A stretch of 64,000 nucleotides of DNA from Bdellovibrionota bacterium FG-1 (GTDB lineage: Bacteria; Bdellovibrionota; UBA1018). The translations under genes and the position numbers were made by a program. Within the stretch, counting starts at the first letter, position 1. The number at the start of each line of letters is the position of its first letter. The notes under the pieces were generated by a model that was given only the letters and a program-made list of their open reading frames with translations, made no database searches and was not told where the DNA came from. The DNA lies in contig JBBCAW010000041.1 of the NCBI GenBank assembly GCA_051382295.1, positions 30,504-94,503 of the forward strand. The letters are read 5' to 3'. Shown here piece by piece: positions 50,973-60,348 of the stretch.

Positions 50973-51833
50973 TCACAACTCCAAGCGCAAGCCGAAAAAG
51001 AGGGACATTCCGCTTAAAGAAAGGTTGGCATCGGTGCCTGAAAGGCTCCGAAGCTCAGCTAAAAGGTAAGAGCGGGATATCCCATTTTCAACATAACTTT
51101 CTGCCGCTGCAGAGGGCTCTAGCCAGTTTAACAGAAGCATCCCACCGAAAGACGGCCCCGTAGCCATCAGCGCGCCACTCATTCCACTGGGTGATGGATA
51201 AGTGAAACGATAGCTCAGGTATTCAAACTGAAATCCAGCAATCGGAACAATCGGTTGCTCACGAAAAAATCGAAATTGATATCGAACCTGCCCACCCACC
51301 TCAAATACGGAAACCGCGTTTGAGGTAATGGATCCAAAAATAGGGTACGTGCCTACCGTCGGCCCGAGACTGAGTACTCCAATCGACTGCAAAAATGGAA
51401 ACAGGTATTCACCTGAAACCTGAAATGCTCGGGTCGGCACGCCGGCTTGGGCAGCAATGAAATCATTACCTCCAAATGCCTTGAGAGCTCCCGTGAACTG
51501 GATCCCCCATGCGGGGCGCGTTATAGTATACGCCGGCACTCTTGAATTTCTGTGTTCGACGGTCGTACTCTCTACGTCATTTTCTGTCGGCTCGCTCTTG
51601 GGGAGCTCTATTTTTTGCGCTTCTTCTACAGCAGGAGGTGGGGGAGGGGCAGGTGGAGCTTCGACCACTGCTTCGGGGGTCGGCTCTGGGGGGGTGGCAG
51701 CCGACTCAATCGAGGGCGGTGACGGCGCAGTGGGGGGTATTTCTTCAGCCGAACAAGGACGGCTTAACGGCAAAACCGTAAGCAGGCAAGCACCTAGCAG
51801 GAGGACCTTTTGTGTTTCGCCTCGCCCGATCAT
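50973..51833 (-). CDS. Outer-membrane beta-barrel-like protein with Pro-rich N-terminal linker
   Basis: Signal peptide, P/E/A-rich linker, amphipathic strands, C-terminal FFGLRLEL. Confidence 0.65.
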   Translation of the reverse strand: MIGRGETQKVLLLGACLLTVLPLSRPCSAEEIPPTAPSPPSIESAATPPEPTPEAVVEAPPAPPPPPAVEEAQKIELPKSEPTENDVESTTVEHRNSRVPAYTITRPAWGIQFTGALKAFGGNDFIAAQAGVPTRAFQVSGEYLFPFLQSIGVLSLGPTVGTYPIFGSITSNAVSVFEVGGQVRYQFRFFREQPIVPIAGFQFEYLSYRFTYPSPSGMSGALMATGPSFGGMLLLNWLEPSAAAESYVENGISRSYLLAELRSLSGTDANLSLSGMSLFFGLRLEL

Positions 51834-51893
51834 CTTAGTGCCATTGTTTCACGGCGATCGACTGATGGGCAACGGGCAAAATTTACCGCTTTA

Positions 51894-52427
51894 TCAGCGC
51901 ACGACGCAGCGGACGGCATGCACGTAGTACCGATAATCGTAATAAGTATACGCTGCATAGCTATCGAAGAGGTAACCATTGAGGTTATCCACGAATGGAC
52001 CGATCGTCGAAGACCAGTAGACTGGGTTGTTCATGTTAGGAAGCACCTCGCGGAAACCATAGATCTCACCGCGTTCAAAGTCACTGATCGAAGGAAGGAT
52101 GCCACCCAGGGCCTTGCAGGTAGAAACCGCATCTTTCTGCGAGTAGTTGCCAACCTCATCGCTCCAGATCCAGCCATCAGGGCCTTTCCACGCCTCACCG
52201 AAGGAACTTTTGGCAACGCGCTCGAAAAGCCAGCCCTTTGAAGTACGACACTTGAAACCAGGTGCAACACTACGCAGATCGGTCTCGTGATCATTGCAGG
52301 CTTTTATTTCCACGCCAAGCACGACCCTTCGGTTGTTAAGACTTGCAGCGTGAACCGCCGATGGCATCATTACGCCCATGACGACCATCGTTGTTACAAA
52401 ACTCAGTGCCCATTTTATTTTCATCAC
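51894..52427 (-). CDS. Secreted DUF1566/Lcl-type C-type-lectin-fold protein
   Basis: GWIWS, A..TC..LG..LPS, YWSST...AVRCV signature. Confidence 0.75.
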   Translation of the reverse strand: MMKIKWALSFVTTMVVMGVMMPSAVHAASLNNRRVVLGVEIKACNDHETDLRSVAPGFKCRTSKGWLFERVAKSSFGEAWKGPDGWIWSDEVGNYSQKDAVSTCKALGGILPSISDFERGEIYGFREVLPNMNNPVYWSSTIGPFVDNLNGYLFDSYAAYTYYDYRYYVHAVRCVVR

Positions 52428-52447
52428 TCGCTCCTGATTCGATATTC

Positions 52448-52463
52448 TGCAGTGTGTATGCCA
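52448..52463 (-). promoter_or_regulatory. sigma54 -24/-12 promoter
   Basis: Minus strand TGGCATACACACTGCA. Confidence 0.65.
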
Positions 52464-52545
52464 GTTTAAATGTTTGTTTTTATTGCTTTTTTTAACTTCA
52501 AAGTGTCTAAATTTTGTACGTCTGTATAGGCTTACGTAGCAATTC

Positions 52546-52708
52546 CAGGTGTTGGCTCTTTGGTCCCGGACCCACGTAGGGGCTCTCGGAAAAAATGAGG
52601 GGATCCGCGCGCGCAGAAGGCGCTTTTTGCGCGGAGGCCAGGGATGGCCGACCCCGACATTTTTTCACCGGGAGCCCCTGCTCGGTTGTGGCAAAACCCA
52701 AAAACCTG
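52546..52708. repeat. Intergenic branched palindromic element (REP/MITE-like or structured RNA)
   Basis: AGGGGCTCTCGG..AAAAAATG pairs with CATTTTTT..CCGGGAGCCCCT; two apical hairpins. Confidence 0.55.
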
Positions 52709-52723
52709 TAAGGTTTTCAAGTC

Positions 52724-53608
52724 ATGGCGACTCTTTTATTTCCGACCGCATTAAAAAGTTTTTTAGGCTACCTCGAGGGGACAAGCAAGGCTCAGCATAC
52801 CATCAAGAATTACCGGCTTGATCTTCTTGCTTTTGAATCCTTTCTTAGAAAAGACCTGGGCGACCGACCTTTATCCCTGGGACAGCTATCATCCAAGGAT
52901 CTCGATCGATTTCATGAGCACCTCAAAGAGTCCGGGCAAAAAACCAATACGCGTCGAAGAAAACTCCTGACCGTCCGCAGATTTCTGAGCTTCTTGGTGA
53001 AACGCAAAAAGCTCCCTATCGAACTCGGGAAAAAGATCTCTACCCCCCATAAAATTGAAAGAGTTCCCAAGGTTTTGTCCTCCGAAACTTTGATTGCGAC
53101 GATCCGGGCGTTGCCGCATGACACGTTTTTGGATGCACGTAATCGAGCCATGCTCTGGACGCTGGCTGAAACCGGCTGCCAAGTCAGTGAGTTAGCCGCT
53201 CTTCGATTTGAGGACTGGAGCGCAAACAAAGTCCAAATTCGAGGCAAAGCCCCCCGCCTGCTCGCGATTTCGAGCGACCTCAGAACGGCAGTGGATGAAC
53301 TCAAAAAGTACTGTGGTGATAGGCCCTGGGTTTTTCTGGGTTTTAATAAACTTGGCCCCCTCGGGGGAGCCATTTCTCCTCGCGGAGTCGAGCTCTTAGT
53401 TCAATTCCACGCACCTCGCCTTGGGCAGGTTGAGCTCACGCCAAGGACCTTTCGGCATTCGATTGTGATTCATTGGTATGCACAAGGATGTACTCTTCAA
53501 GAGATTCAAAACCGACTGGGCCTTAAAACTCAGTATGCCTTTCGATCCTACGAACCGCTCTTCAAATCCGTGCTCAAATCCAAGAGCGAAACCACATCCA
53601 ATCCCTGA
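52724..53608 (+). CDS. XerC/D-like tyrosine recombinase with degenerate catalytic residues
   Basis: Core-binding domain (HTIKNYRLDL, NTRRRKL) is intact; GCQVSE (R>Q), PRTFRH (H>R) and LGL (H/W>L) are substituted; Tyr is retained. Confidence 0.8.
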   Translation: MATLLFPTALKSFLGYLEGTSKAQHTIKNYRLDLLAFESFLRKDLGDRPLSLGQLSSKDLDRFHEHLKESGQKTNTRRRKLLTVRRFLSFLVKRKKLPIELGKKISTPHKIERVPKVLSSETLIATIRALPHDTFLDARNRAMLWTLAETGCQVSELAALRFEDWSANKVQIRGKAPRLLAISSDLRTAVDELKKYCGDRPWVFLGFNKLGPLGGAISPRGVELLVQFHAPRLGQVELTPRTFRHSIVIHWYAQGCTLQEIQNRLGLKTQYAFRSYEPLFKSVLKSKSETTSNP

Positions 53609-54998
53609 AAGTTTCGGACGAAATCCGAAGTGCGGCGATAATAGGGAAAAAATAAACAAACATCACCAAAACACACGCCAAAAAAGCCCAACGAGCCTGA
53701 CTGATCCATTGAAAACGTTCGCTCAAAGTCGTTTTTTGAATGAGTTCAAAAGCATAAGCGAGTGCGAAACTCAACACCATTCCCGCAGGATAGTAATAGT
53801 AATAAAAGGCGATTTTGCGAGGAATCAGTATCCAACATCCATAAAAAGTAAAATAGAACACCAAAATTAAAAATGCTTGCCGACTGCGTTTTTCGATCCA
53901 TCCCCACAAACATCCCAGCAGAGCCAAACATCCCCCCCACATGACCAGGGGGTTACCAATCAACAGAACCCCCCGAACCCACTCTTTCGCCCCGCCCTCC
54001 TTATCAAAGGCATACCAAATGGGACGCCTGATCAAAGGCCAGTCGAGCCAGTTGCTCATATAAGGATGTTGGGTCACCACTCGGAGTTGACCTTCGTACA
54101 TTTTTTTCTGGGTTAAAAAAAGATCCCAAAATCCGAACGCGGGTTTTTGCAAAAAGAAATACGGCGTAAACGTCGCAAAATAGATCAAAACAGGAACGAC
54201 AAAAAGTGTGAGCGCAAACTCATGCCCCCGAACGCCCTTCCAAAGATCAGGTGAATACCAGTCTTCGGAGGTAGGTTCGCTAAACTGGACGTTCCAGCGC
54301 TGAAAAAGACGAACCAGGGCAATGAGCCCCAAACACATGACCCACGGCATTACGGCAAACCACTTGCACGCCATCCCTAGGCCCAAGCACACTCCAGAAA
54401 TGAGGAGCAATTTCCGCGAAAGAGCGGGAGAAATTCCCGCACGCCAGGTCGCTGTAAAAGCCGCCAGCCCCCAAACGACCCCGGCAAACATAAAGGTGTC
54501 CAGCATGCCGATTCTGGATTGAACATACAAAAGTTGATTAAAGAGAGTGACGAGGGCAATCCACAAAGCTGTGGCTTCACTTTCAAACAGCACCAGTCCC
54601 CAAAGGTACATTCCTACGAGTGTGAAGGCGCCGAAAATCGTGCTCATAAAGCGCCAACCAATAGGGATATCCCCCCAAAGAGAGATCCCGACGGCCATTA
54701 CTAACTTAGCTAGCGGTGGATGCTCCCAATTTTGATTTTCCTTCCAAGCAAGCCATTGTTTCGCTGAAGGAACATAATGAAACTCATCAAAGTTATGCCC
54801 CCGTGGAAACTGAATATTGATCAAGAAAAAGATCTGACTCAGCAAGTAAAGAGCCAAACATATCCACAGAATTTTCCGAAAACGACTAGGTGTCCAAAAT
54901 GGAGTAGGGAGGGAGGGCAGTGCTAACTCAGTTTTTTTTCGGTCTTTGCGTCGAGAGTTCACTTGAATGAGACTAAGGCCGTCCGGGGTACTGGTCAA
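53574..54998 (-). CDS. PMT-family (GT39) protein O-mannosyltransferase-like glycosyltransferase
   Basis: FDEFHYV, EHPPLAK, GWRF, SRIGMLD, HPYMS..W.WP, GNP..W, YYYYP motifs; start uncertain. Confidence 0.88.
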   Translation of the reverse strand: MTSTPDGLSLIQVNSRRKDRKKTELALPSLPTPFWTPSRFRKILWICLALYLLSQIFFLINIQFPRGHNFDEFHYVPSAKQWLAWKENQNWEHPPLAKLVMAVGISLWGDIPIGWRFMSTIFGAFTLVGMYLWGLVLFESEATALWIALVTLFNQLLYVQSRIGMLDTFMFAGVVWGLAAFTATWRAGISPALSRKLLLISGVCLGLGMACKWFAVMPWVMCLGLIALVRLFQRWNVQFSEPTSEDWYSPDLWKGVRGHEFALTLFVVPVLIYFATFTPYFFLQKPAFGFWDLFLTQKKMYEGQLRVVTQHPYMSNWLDWPLIRRPIWYAFDKEGGAKEWVRGVLLIGNPLVMWGGCLALLGCLWGWIEKRSRQAFLILVFYFTFYGCWILIPRKIAFYYYYYPAGMVLSFALAYAFELIQKTTLSERFQWISQARWAFLACVLVMFVYFFPIIAALRISSETFRDWMWFRSWI

Positions 54999-55051
54999 GT
55001 TGACTTTGGAGGCTAGGTTCAGGTAACAAATAATGAGGAGAATTTTTAAGA

Positions 55052-55639
55052 ATGAATCAGGAATTAGGTCGAAATGAACCCTGTCATTGCGGAAGCGGCA
55101 AAAAATACAAGCGGTGTCATGGCGTCAGTGCCGCGCCTAAGTTAACCCCGCCCAAATTGCCTGCTGTTGCTGCAGATGGCTCAACTCCTAATCCTATGAT
55201 GCCGGGCGGAATAGACCCGAGCAAACTAGACCCGGACATGATGAGGCAGTTTTCACAGTTGCTTCAACGCCTCCCTAAAGGTCAGCTTCAACGACTTCAG
55301 GGTATTATGCAAAGGGCTATGAGTGGCCAAGATGTCACGCGCGAAGCCTCCGAATTTGAAAAGACGCTTCCGGTCGAGCTTCAATCGCTCATGATTTCGT
55401 TTGCAGGGCAGATGGGCCAGATGGGGGCAGCAGGGGCGGAAGTCGAAGTTCCTTCAGAAACGAGTGGCATGTCCGAAGAACAAGCTCGGGAGATCGTGGC
55501 CGCTGCCGCGGCCGAAGGTCGGATTGAAAAGGATGAGGCCGAAAAACTGCTCACGGATTCAGCACAAACCAGTGAAAAGAAAAAGGGCCTTTCTAAGCTT
55601 TGGAGCGGTTTGACGGGTAAGAACCCCTCATCCACATGA
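55052..55639 (+). CDS. SEC-C motif protein
   Basis: [19 protein letters not shown] at the N-terminus. Confidence 0.88.
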   Translation: MNQELGRNEPCHCGSGKKYKRCHGVSAAPKLTPPKLPAVAADGSTPNPMMPGGIDPSKLDPDMMRQFSQLLQRLPKGQLQRLQGIMQRAMSGQDVTREASEFEKTLPVELQSLMISFAGQMGQMGAAGAEVEVPSETSGMSEEQAREIVAAAAAEGRIEKDEAEKLLTDSAQTSEKKKGLSKLWSGLTGKNPSST

Positions 55640-56478
55640 AATCACTTCCCCGCCTTCCATCGTTGATAGGTGTGATTCACCTTCCCCCGTTGGCCGGGAC
55701 TCCGGGTAGCGCCAACGCAAATGAAGCGCTACAAAAAGCAGGGCTTCGGGCGGTTCAGGAAGCCAAGGCTTTGACTGATGCCGGCTTTGATGGGTTAATC
55801 CTTGAAAATTTTGGTGATGTTCCCTTTTATAAGACTCAAGTACCGCCCGAAACCGTTGCCAGCATGGCGATTATTGCGGCGGCAGTTCGGGAAGCCACCA
55901 AAATCTTGATTGGAATTAACGTTCTCCGCAACGATGCCCGCGCAGCGCTTGCCATCGCGGCAGTGAGCGGATGTGATTTTATTCGAGTGCATGTCCTATC
56001 GGGCGTGTCAGCCACTGACCAAGGTCTCATCGAAGGAGATGCTGCCTTCCTACTTCGAGAACGCGACCGCTTAGGAGCCCCGCACATCGCGATTTTAGCC
56101 GATGCGCTCGTCAAACATGCACGCACATTTTCAACGGATCAAATCGAGCTTGCGATCGAAGAAGTTGTCCTTCGAGCTGGCGCTCAAGGCGCCATCCTCA
56201 CTGGAACCACTACCGGCCGCCCCGTAGATATGATGCAGCTGGAGAAAGCCTCGAACCACGCGCGTAAGCACGGTATTCCCCTTTATATTGGAAGCGGTGC
56301 TACGCAAAAAAACATACTGGACCTTCGCAAATGGGCCACTGGAATCATTGTGGGTTCCGCTCTTCGAAAAGGAGGGAAGGCGGGCGCGCCGCTAGACCTT
56401 AAAGCGACCCGAGCCTTTGCGAAGGTTTTTTTTTCTAGACGAGGAAAAACCCAGGGAAAAAGCGGGGCCAAAAGATGA
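55636..56478 (+). CDS. btpA: BtpA/SgcQ family TIM-barrel protein
   Basis: [36 protein letters not shown] motifs. Confidence 0.9.
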   Translation: MKSLPRLPSLIGVIHLPPLAGTPGSANANEALQKAGLRAVQEAKALTDAGFDGLILENFGDVPFYKTQVPPETVASMAIIAAAVREATKILIGINVLRNDARAALAIAAVSGCDFIRVHVLSGVSATDQGLIEGDAAFLLRERDRLGAPHIAILADALVKHARTFSTDQIELAIEEVVLRAGAQGAILTGTTTGRPVDMMQLEKASNHARKHGIPLYIGSGATQKNILDLRKWATGIIVGSALRKGGKAGAPLDLKATRAFAKVFFSRRGKTQGKSGAKR

Positions 56479-57773
56479 AGAAAAGATCGCGCCGCGGACA
56501 AACCCAGTCCGCTTTAGGCGGACTGATCTTAAAACGTCTGCGCGGATCTCGGCCTACTCGAAAACGTTCACTCAAAACGAAAGCTCAACCTTCCAGCCCC
56601 TTCCAATTCAAGCCTCGGTTCAAAATCAAAAAGCCTCGAATCCGACAGCCAGTAGCTGTAGCGGCACCGCGGTTGCCGCAAAAGGTAGCCGTCCCAGTCG
56701 CTGCTCCCCTTGTTCAAGCTATTCTGCCTGAAGCTGTTGCTCCTACTACGGGCTATTTAACGGCGCGCGCGCTGATTCGTCCGGACGACCGACTCAGGCA
56801 ATGTATCGAAGGCTTTTTGCTCGATCAGCGCTCCGAACACACCCGGCGCGCTTACGGAAAAGACCTGAAGCGCTTTATGGGTTTTCTACTGGGTCGCAAT
56901 TATTCGGATCAAACGCTGGATCGCATTGATCGCAGCGCATTGGTCGCTTATAAAGACCAACTTCTAGGGGAGGGGCTCGAACATACCACGGTGGATCGCC
57001 ATCTGGCCACACTCCGTAGTTTTTTCAGATGGCTTCAAGACGATGGCTGGATCGAAAAAAATCCGGCTGAAGGTGTCCGTTTCCTCAATCCCCGCAAGCT
57101 CTCAACCACCATTGGTTTTAGCGACGAAGAGGTGGTGCGCGTTCTTAAAATGCCCGATCTCCACACCCGAACAGGATCACTGCATTATGCGATCTTAATG
57201 GTACTTTTTTATTGTGGTCTCAGGCGTTCCGAGGTGTGCTCGCTTCGAACGTCGAGCATTACGGTTGAACGCGCCCAGAAAGTACTTCGTTTACGCGGAA
57301 AAGGTAATGTTGAGCGTCTGATCGTGCTCGTTCCGGTTGCCTGGAATGCACTGAAACACTATTTTTTGATCACAGCAAAGAATCCAACCGTGGACCAGCC
57401 CCTTTTTGTGCCCATTCGAAACAATCGAACCGGCGACATGACCAAGTCACTTGACCCCTCCATGGTTTTTTATATTGTCAGAAGATATGCAAAACTAGCG
57501 GGAATCCAGTCCCGGGTTTCACCGCATTCATGCCGCGCGACGGCGATATCCAACGCGCGCGACCATAACGTGCCTGATCGAGCCATCCAGGAGTTTGCGG
57601 GCTGGGCGTCGCCGGACATGATCACTCGCTATGATAAGCGCCGCAGTGCGATCGAGCACTCAGCTGCACACTCCATTGCCTATGGCACCGAACAAAGAGC
57701 CTTACCTACTTGGGTTTCAACCTACGATCCGCCCGGAACGATCAGGGAGTCGCCAAGCACGCATGAACTTTGA
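56475..57773 (+). CDS. Tyrosine recombinase (XerC/D-like) with intact catalytic set and long basic N-terminal extension
   Basis: GLRRSE, GKG, HSCR, GW, RY residues; HTRRAYGKDL and TVDRHLATLRSFF core-binding domain. Confidence 0.9.
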   Translation: MKKRSRRGQTQSALGGLILKRLRGSRPTRKRSLKTKAQPSSPFQFKPRFKIKKPRIRQPVAVAAPRLPQKVAVPVAAPLVQAILPEAVAPTTGYLTARALIRPDDRLRQCIEGFLLDQRSEHTRRAYGKDLKRFMGFLLGRNYSDQTLDRIDRSALVAYKDQLLGEGLEHTTVDRHLATLRSFFRWLQDDGWIEKNPAEGVRFLNPRKLSTTIGFSDEEVVRVLKMPDLHTRTGSLHYAILMVLFYCGLRRSEVCSLRTSSITVERAQKVLRLRGKGNVERLIVLVPVAWNALKHYFLITAKNPTVDQPLFVPIRNNRTGDMTKSLDPSMVFYIVRRYAKLAGIQSRVSPHSCRATAISNARDHNVPDRAIQEFAGWASPDMITRYDKRRSAIEHSAAHSIAYGTEQRALPTWVSTYDPPGTIRESPSTHEL

Positions 57774-58944
57774 TACTGGACTGACCTTTTCCGGCATCGG
57801 TTGCGGCGATACTGACGCTTTGTGAAGTCGGATCGAAGGATCCATTGACGACCTGATCATCCACTAAAACGGTAAGTGAGCCTGGAACAAAACTGGTATT
57901 TCCGTCCAGCACAAATTGGGTTCGCAAATCCACCTCATTAGTGATGATGCCGCCTAACGGCGCAAGAGCCGCGGCGTAGGAATTGTAGGTCGGCAAGTCG
58001 ATGAGTACTCCACCTGGTGAAAGCTTGGCAAATTCAATCAGGCCGTGGCCGATGGCTTCTTCTCCCCAGAAGGTGAGAGCAGGTACGTTTTTGGGATCCA
58101 CATGAGTGATTGCCCCGAGATGCACGGGCTTGTCGCCTTTGAGTTCGACGAGTTTTTTATACACCATCGCCGGAAAATTAGAGGGAGTTTGGCCGGCAGC
58201 ATTGCAATACTTGGCATATGCCGCTTCTTCAATGCTACCGTGGCTTGCAATATAATCTGGGAATTTGAAAAACCCATTGAGCTGCGGCGGAAAGCAAATA
58301 TCATTTTCATCTGAAACCAAAAGCACAGAGAGCGCGGCTTCAGGCCGATAAAACCCCTGCTCTTTAATGGTGGTTAAATGCTTCGAATCCAGGCTTCGCA
58401 TCAGGGAGTAAAGCATGGCCTCGCCATTCGCCTCATCGACGTCTCGCTTGAGGTGTTCGAGGGTGTTGACCAGCATGCTTTGGGTGTTAACAGGAGGATA
58501 TTGGGTAGGATTGAGAATGACCGGCGTGCCTTTGGCAGAAAAAAGAGCCCCTGAATATCTAGAGGCTCCACCATGAGCAAGCATGACAGAAATACGATAA
58601 TCCGTTCCTTCGGGGATTTGGCCGAGAAATTGCCCCATCGCGACGGCCATTTTTTTGTTTTTATCGGGCATGAGCATCGAATCGGACGTATCCACCACAA
58701 AAAGGACATCGACCACGCGGTTGAGGACCGGATTCACCTGCACAAAACTCCAATTAGCGTCTTGGCCCGCCACACAACCGACTGTGCCATCCGTGGCAGG
58801 TTGGGATTGAGGGGGAGTGGCTGGCAAAGGATCAACCGGTGGAACAGTGGGCAGTACATCCTCGGGATTTTTACCGCAACCACCCAAAGCCAACGTTAAG
58901 ACAACTGCAGCACACCCGATTTTGCGAGCCAATTCCATAGCCAT
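57742..58944 (-). CDS. vWA-domain lipoprotein
   Basis: Lipobox LGGC, Pro-rich linker, DVLFVVDTSDSM MIDAS motif, VSDEND. Confidence 0.8.
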   Translation of the reverse strand: MAMELARKIGCAAVVLTLALGGCGKNPEDVLPTVPPVDPLPATPPQSQPATDGTVGCVAGQDANWSFVQVNPVLNRVVDVLFVVDTSDSMLMPDKNKKMAVAMGQFLGQIPEGTDYRISVMLAHGGASRYSGALFSAKGTPVILNPTQYPPVNTQSMLVNTLEHLKRDVDEANGEAMLYSLMRSLDSKHLTTIKEQGFYRPEAALSVLLVSDENDICFPPQLNGFFKFPDYIASHGSIEEAAYAKYCNAAGQTPSNFPAMVYKKLVELKGDKPVHLGAITHVDPKNVPALTFWGEEAIGHGLIEFAKLSPGGVLIDLPTYNSYAAALAPLGGIITNEVDLRTQFVLDGNTSFVPGSLTVLVDDQVVNGSFDPTSQSVSIAATDAGKGQSSIKVHACLATP

Positions 58945-59052
58945 TCCCCTCTTTCCTTGAGTTGTTATCTTGAAGTCTACCATCAATGTGAAAGCATGCA
59001 ACTGCAAGCCGCCTGTTTGCAGAGAGGGCAAATCTTGCCTAGTAGCGGGGGG

Positions 59053-59802
59053 CTACCGGGGGCAACGTTCTAGATCCGGATTGCATAAGGTGTCAGGCAA
59101 GGGATCGGCGGTGAAAGCGATAACGGCCGTGCAGGTGATGACTTTGCTGAAGTCTAAAAGGTAGGTGTCTTTTGAATTCTGCTCAAGATCCCCCAGTTTG
59201 TTTCGATCCACGGTGCATTGAGCGCTCACTACACCCATACTTTTTACAACGACCATTTTGCTCAGTTCTGGCCGGTCTACTGAAGTACCCAATAATCGGA
59301 CTTGAACGCCGTAATTATGCAGTGCCTGCGCGGCCGCCCAGCCGAGAGAGTCTGCGTAAGATTGATATTGGTTTAAAAAATCGCATTGAGCACCACAGCT
59401 CTGCGGTAAATCACCCCTGACGTCAAAATGCGTCAGAAGGGGCAATGGAGACAAGATCGATTTTTCATCTAAAGTAGCCAGGACGGAGCTGCCCTGAAGC
59501 TGGGTACTTTGGATGTCAAATTGGGGATTGCCATCCTTCCCTGTGATCAAGCTGGTTACGTCCAACGATACAAGCGGTGCCAGCCATTGAGCGCTTTTAA
59601 GCTCAATACCATAGGCAGCGGCTACCGAAGCGGGCAAGGTGTCATCCATACGCACGGTTTTCCCGTTGATCACAAGCTGAGCCTCCACCTTTAGACCAAT
59701 TGAGGCATCCACTGTGCCTACCTTCATGTCAGTCCCGTTACAGGCCGTGACCGTAAAGGTCAGCATCATTAAGCTACTCAAAATTCCATTAAAACGACTC
59801 AT
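59053..59802 (-). CDS. Lipoprotein, hypothetical
   Basis: Lipobox VTAC; GAGGT SD. Confidence 0.7.
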   Translation of the reverse strand: MSRFNGILSSLMMLTFTVTACNGTDMKVGTVDASIGLKVEAQLVINGKTVRMDDTLPASVAAAYGIELKSAQWLAPLVSLDVTSLITGKDGNPQFDIQSTQLQGSSVLATLDEKSILSPLPLLTHFDVRGDLPQSCGAQCDFLNQYQSYADSLGWAAAQALHNYGVQVRLLGTSVDRPELSKMVVVKSMGVVSAQCTVDRNKLGDLEQNSKDTYLLDFSKVITCTAVIAFTADPLPDTLCNPDLERCPR

Positions 59803-59927
59803 AACTATACCTCTTCAATCAATTAGATAGACGATTTGCAACTCTAATAACGCAGTGCGTCTAGTTCTGTCAATGGTGTTTTGCAAAAATTACGCGCTTC
59901 CTGCGGGAGGCCTCGTAAACCGGATTG

Positions 59928-59955
59928 ATTCGCGATAACTTTTCTTATCGCGAAT
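59928..59955. other. 28-bp symmetric dif-like recombination site (11-6-11)
   Basis: ATTCGCGATAA-CTTTTC-TTATCGCGAAT, perfect inverted 11-bp arms. Confidence 0.6.
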
Positions 59956-60016
59956 GAGAAATGGAAGGTAGAGCGATCCTGGCGTCTTTAATAACGACGT
60001 GCTTTAATCTACCGAT

Positions 60017-60331
60017 ATGGAGTCGTCGATGAAGTGTCTCAACTGCCAAAAAGAGTTTCCTGAGGAAGCAAAGCCACGCGCCGGCATCGCCATCATGGTT
60101 GCCGGAGACGAGTATACCTACTCGTACTGGCAGTGCGAGGTCTGCTCCTTTTATACCGTGAAGTCTTACTACGACCCTTTTATGGGAGACAACAGCGAGG
60201 TCACCTTCTTGCCTCCCATGTCAAAAGAGGTCGGTGATCGCTGTGTCGCCTTGGTGCTGGCCTGCCCAGCCCCCTTTGACAAGTACTGCGAGTGTGCGTC
60301 TCATCAAGCCCTTTATCGTGGGTCGGCGTAG
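60017..60331 (+). CDS. Small Cys-rich zinc-binding hypothetical protein
   Basis: CLNC, CEVC, C-x7-CEC-x2-H. Confidence 0.65.
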   Translation: MESSMKCLNCQKEFPEEAKPRAGIAIMVAGDEYTYSYWQCEVCSFYTVKSYYDPFMGDNSEVTFLPPMSKEVGDRCVALVLACPAPFDKYCECASHQALYRGSA

Positions 60332-60348
60332 AGTTAAGACCCACTTAA
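60329..60348 (+). repeat. Direct repeat copy 1 flanking the TA module
   Basis: TAGAGTTAAGACCCACTTAA; 19/20 identical to 62317-62336. Confidence 0.8.
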
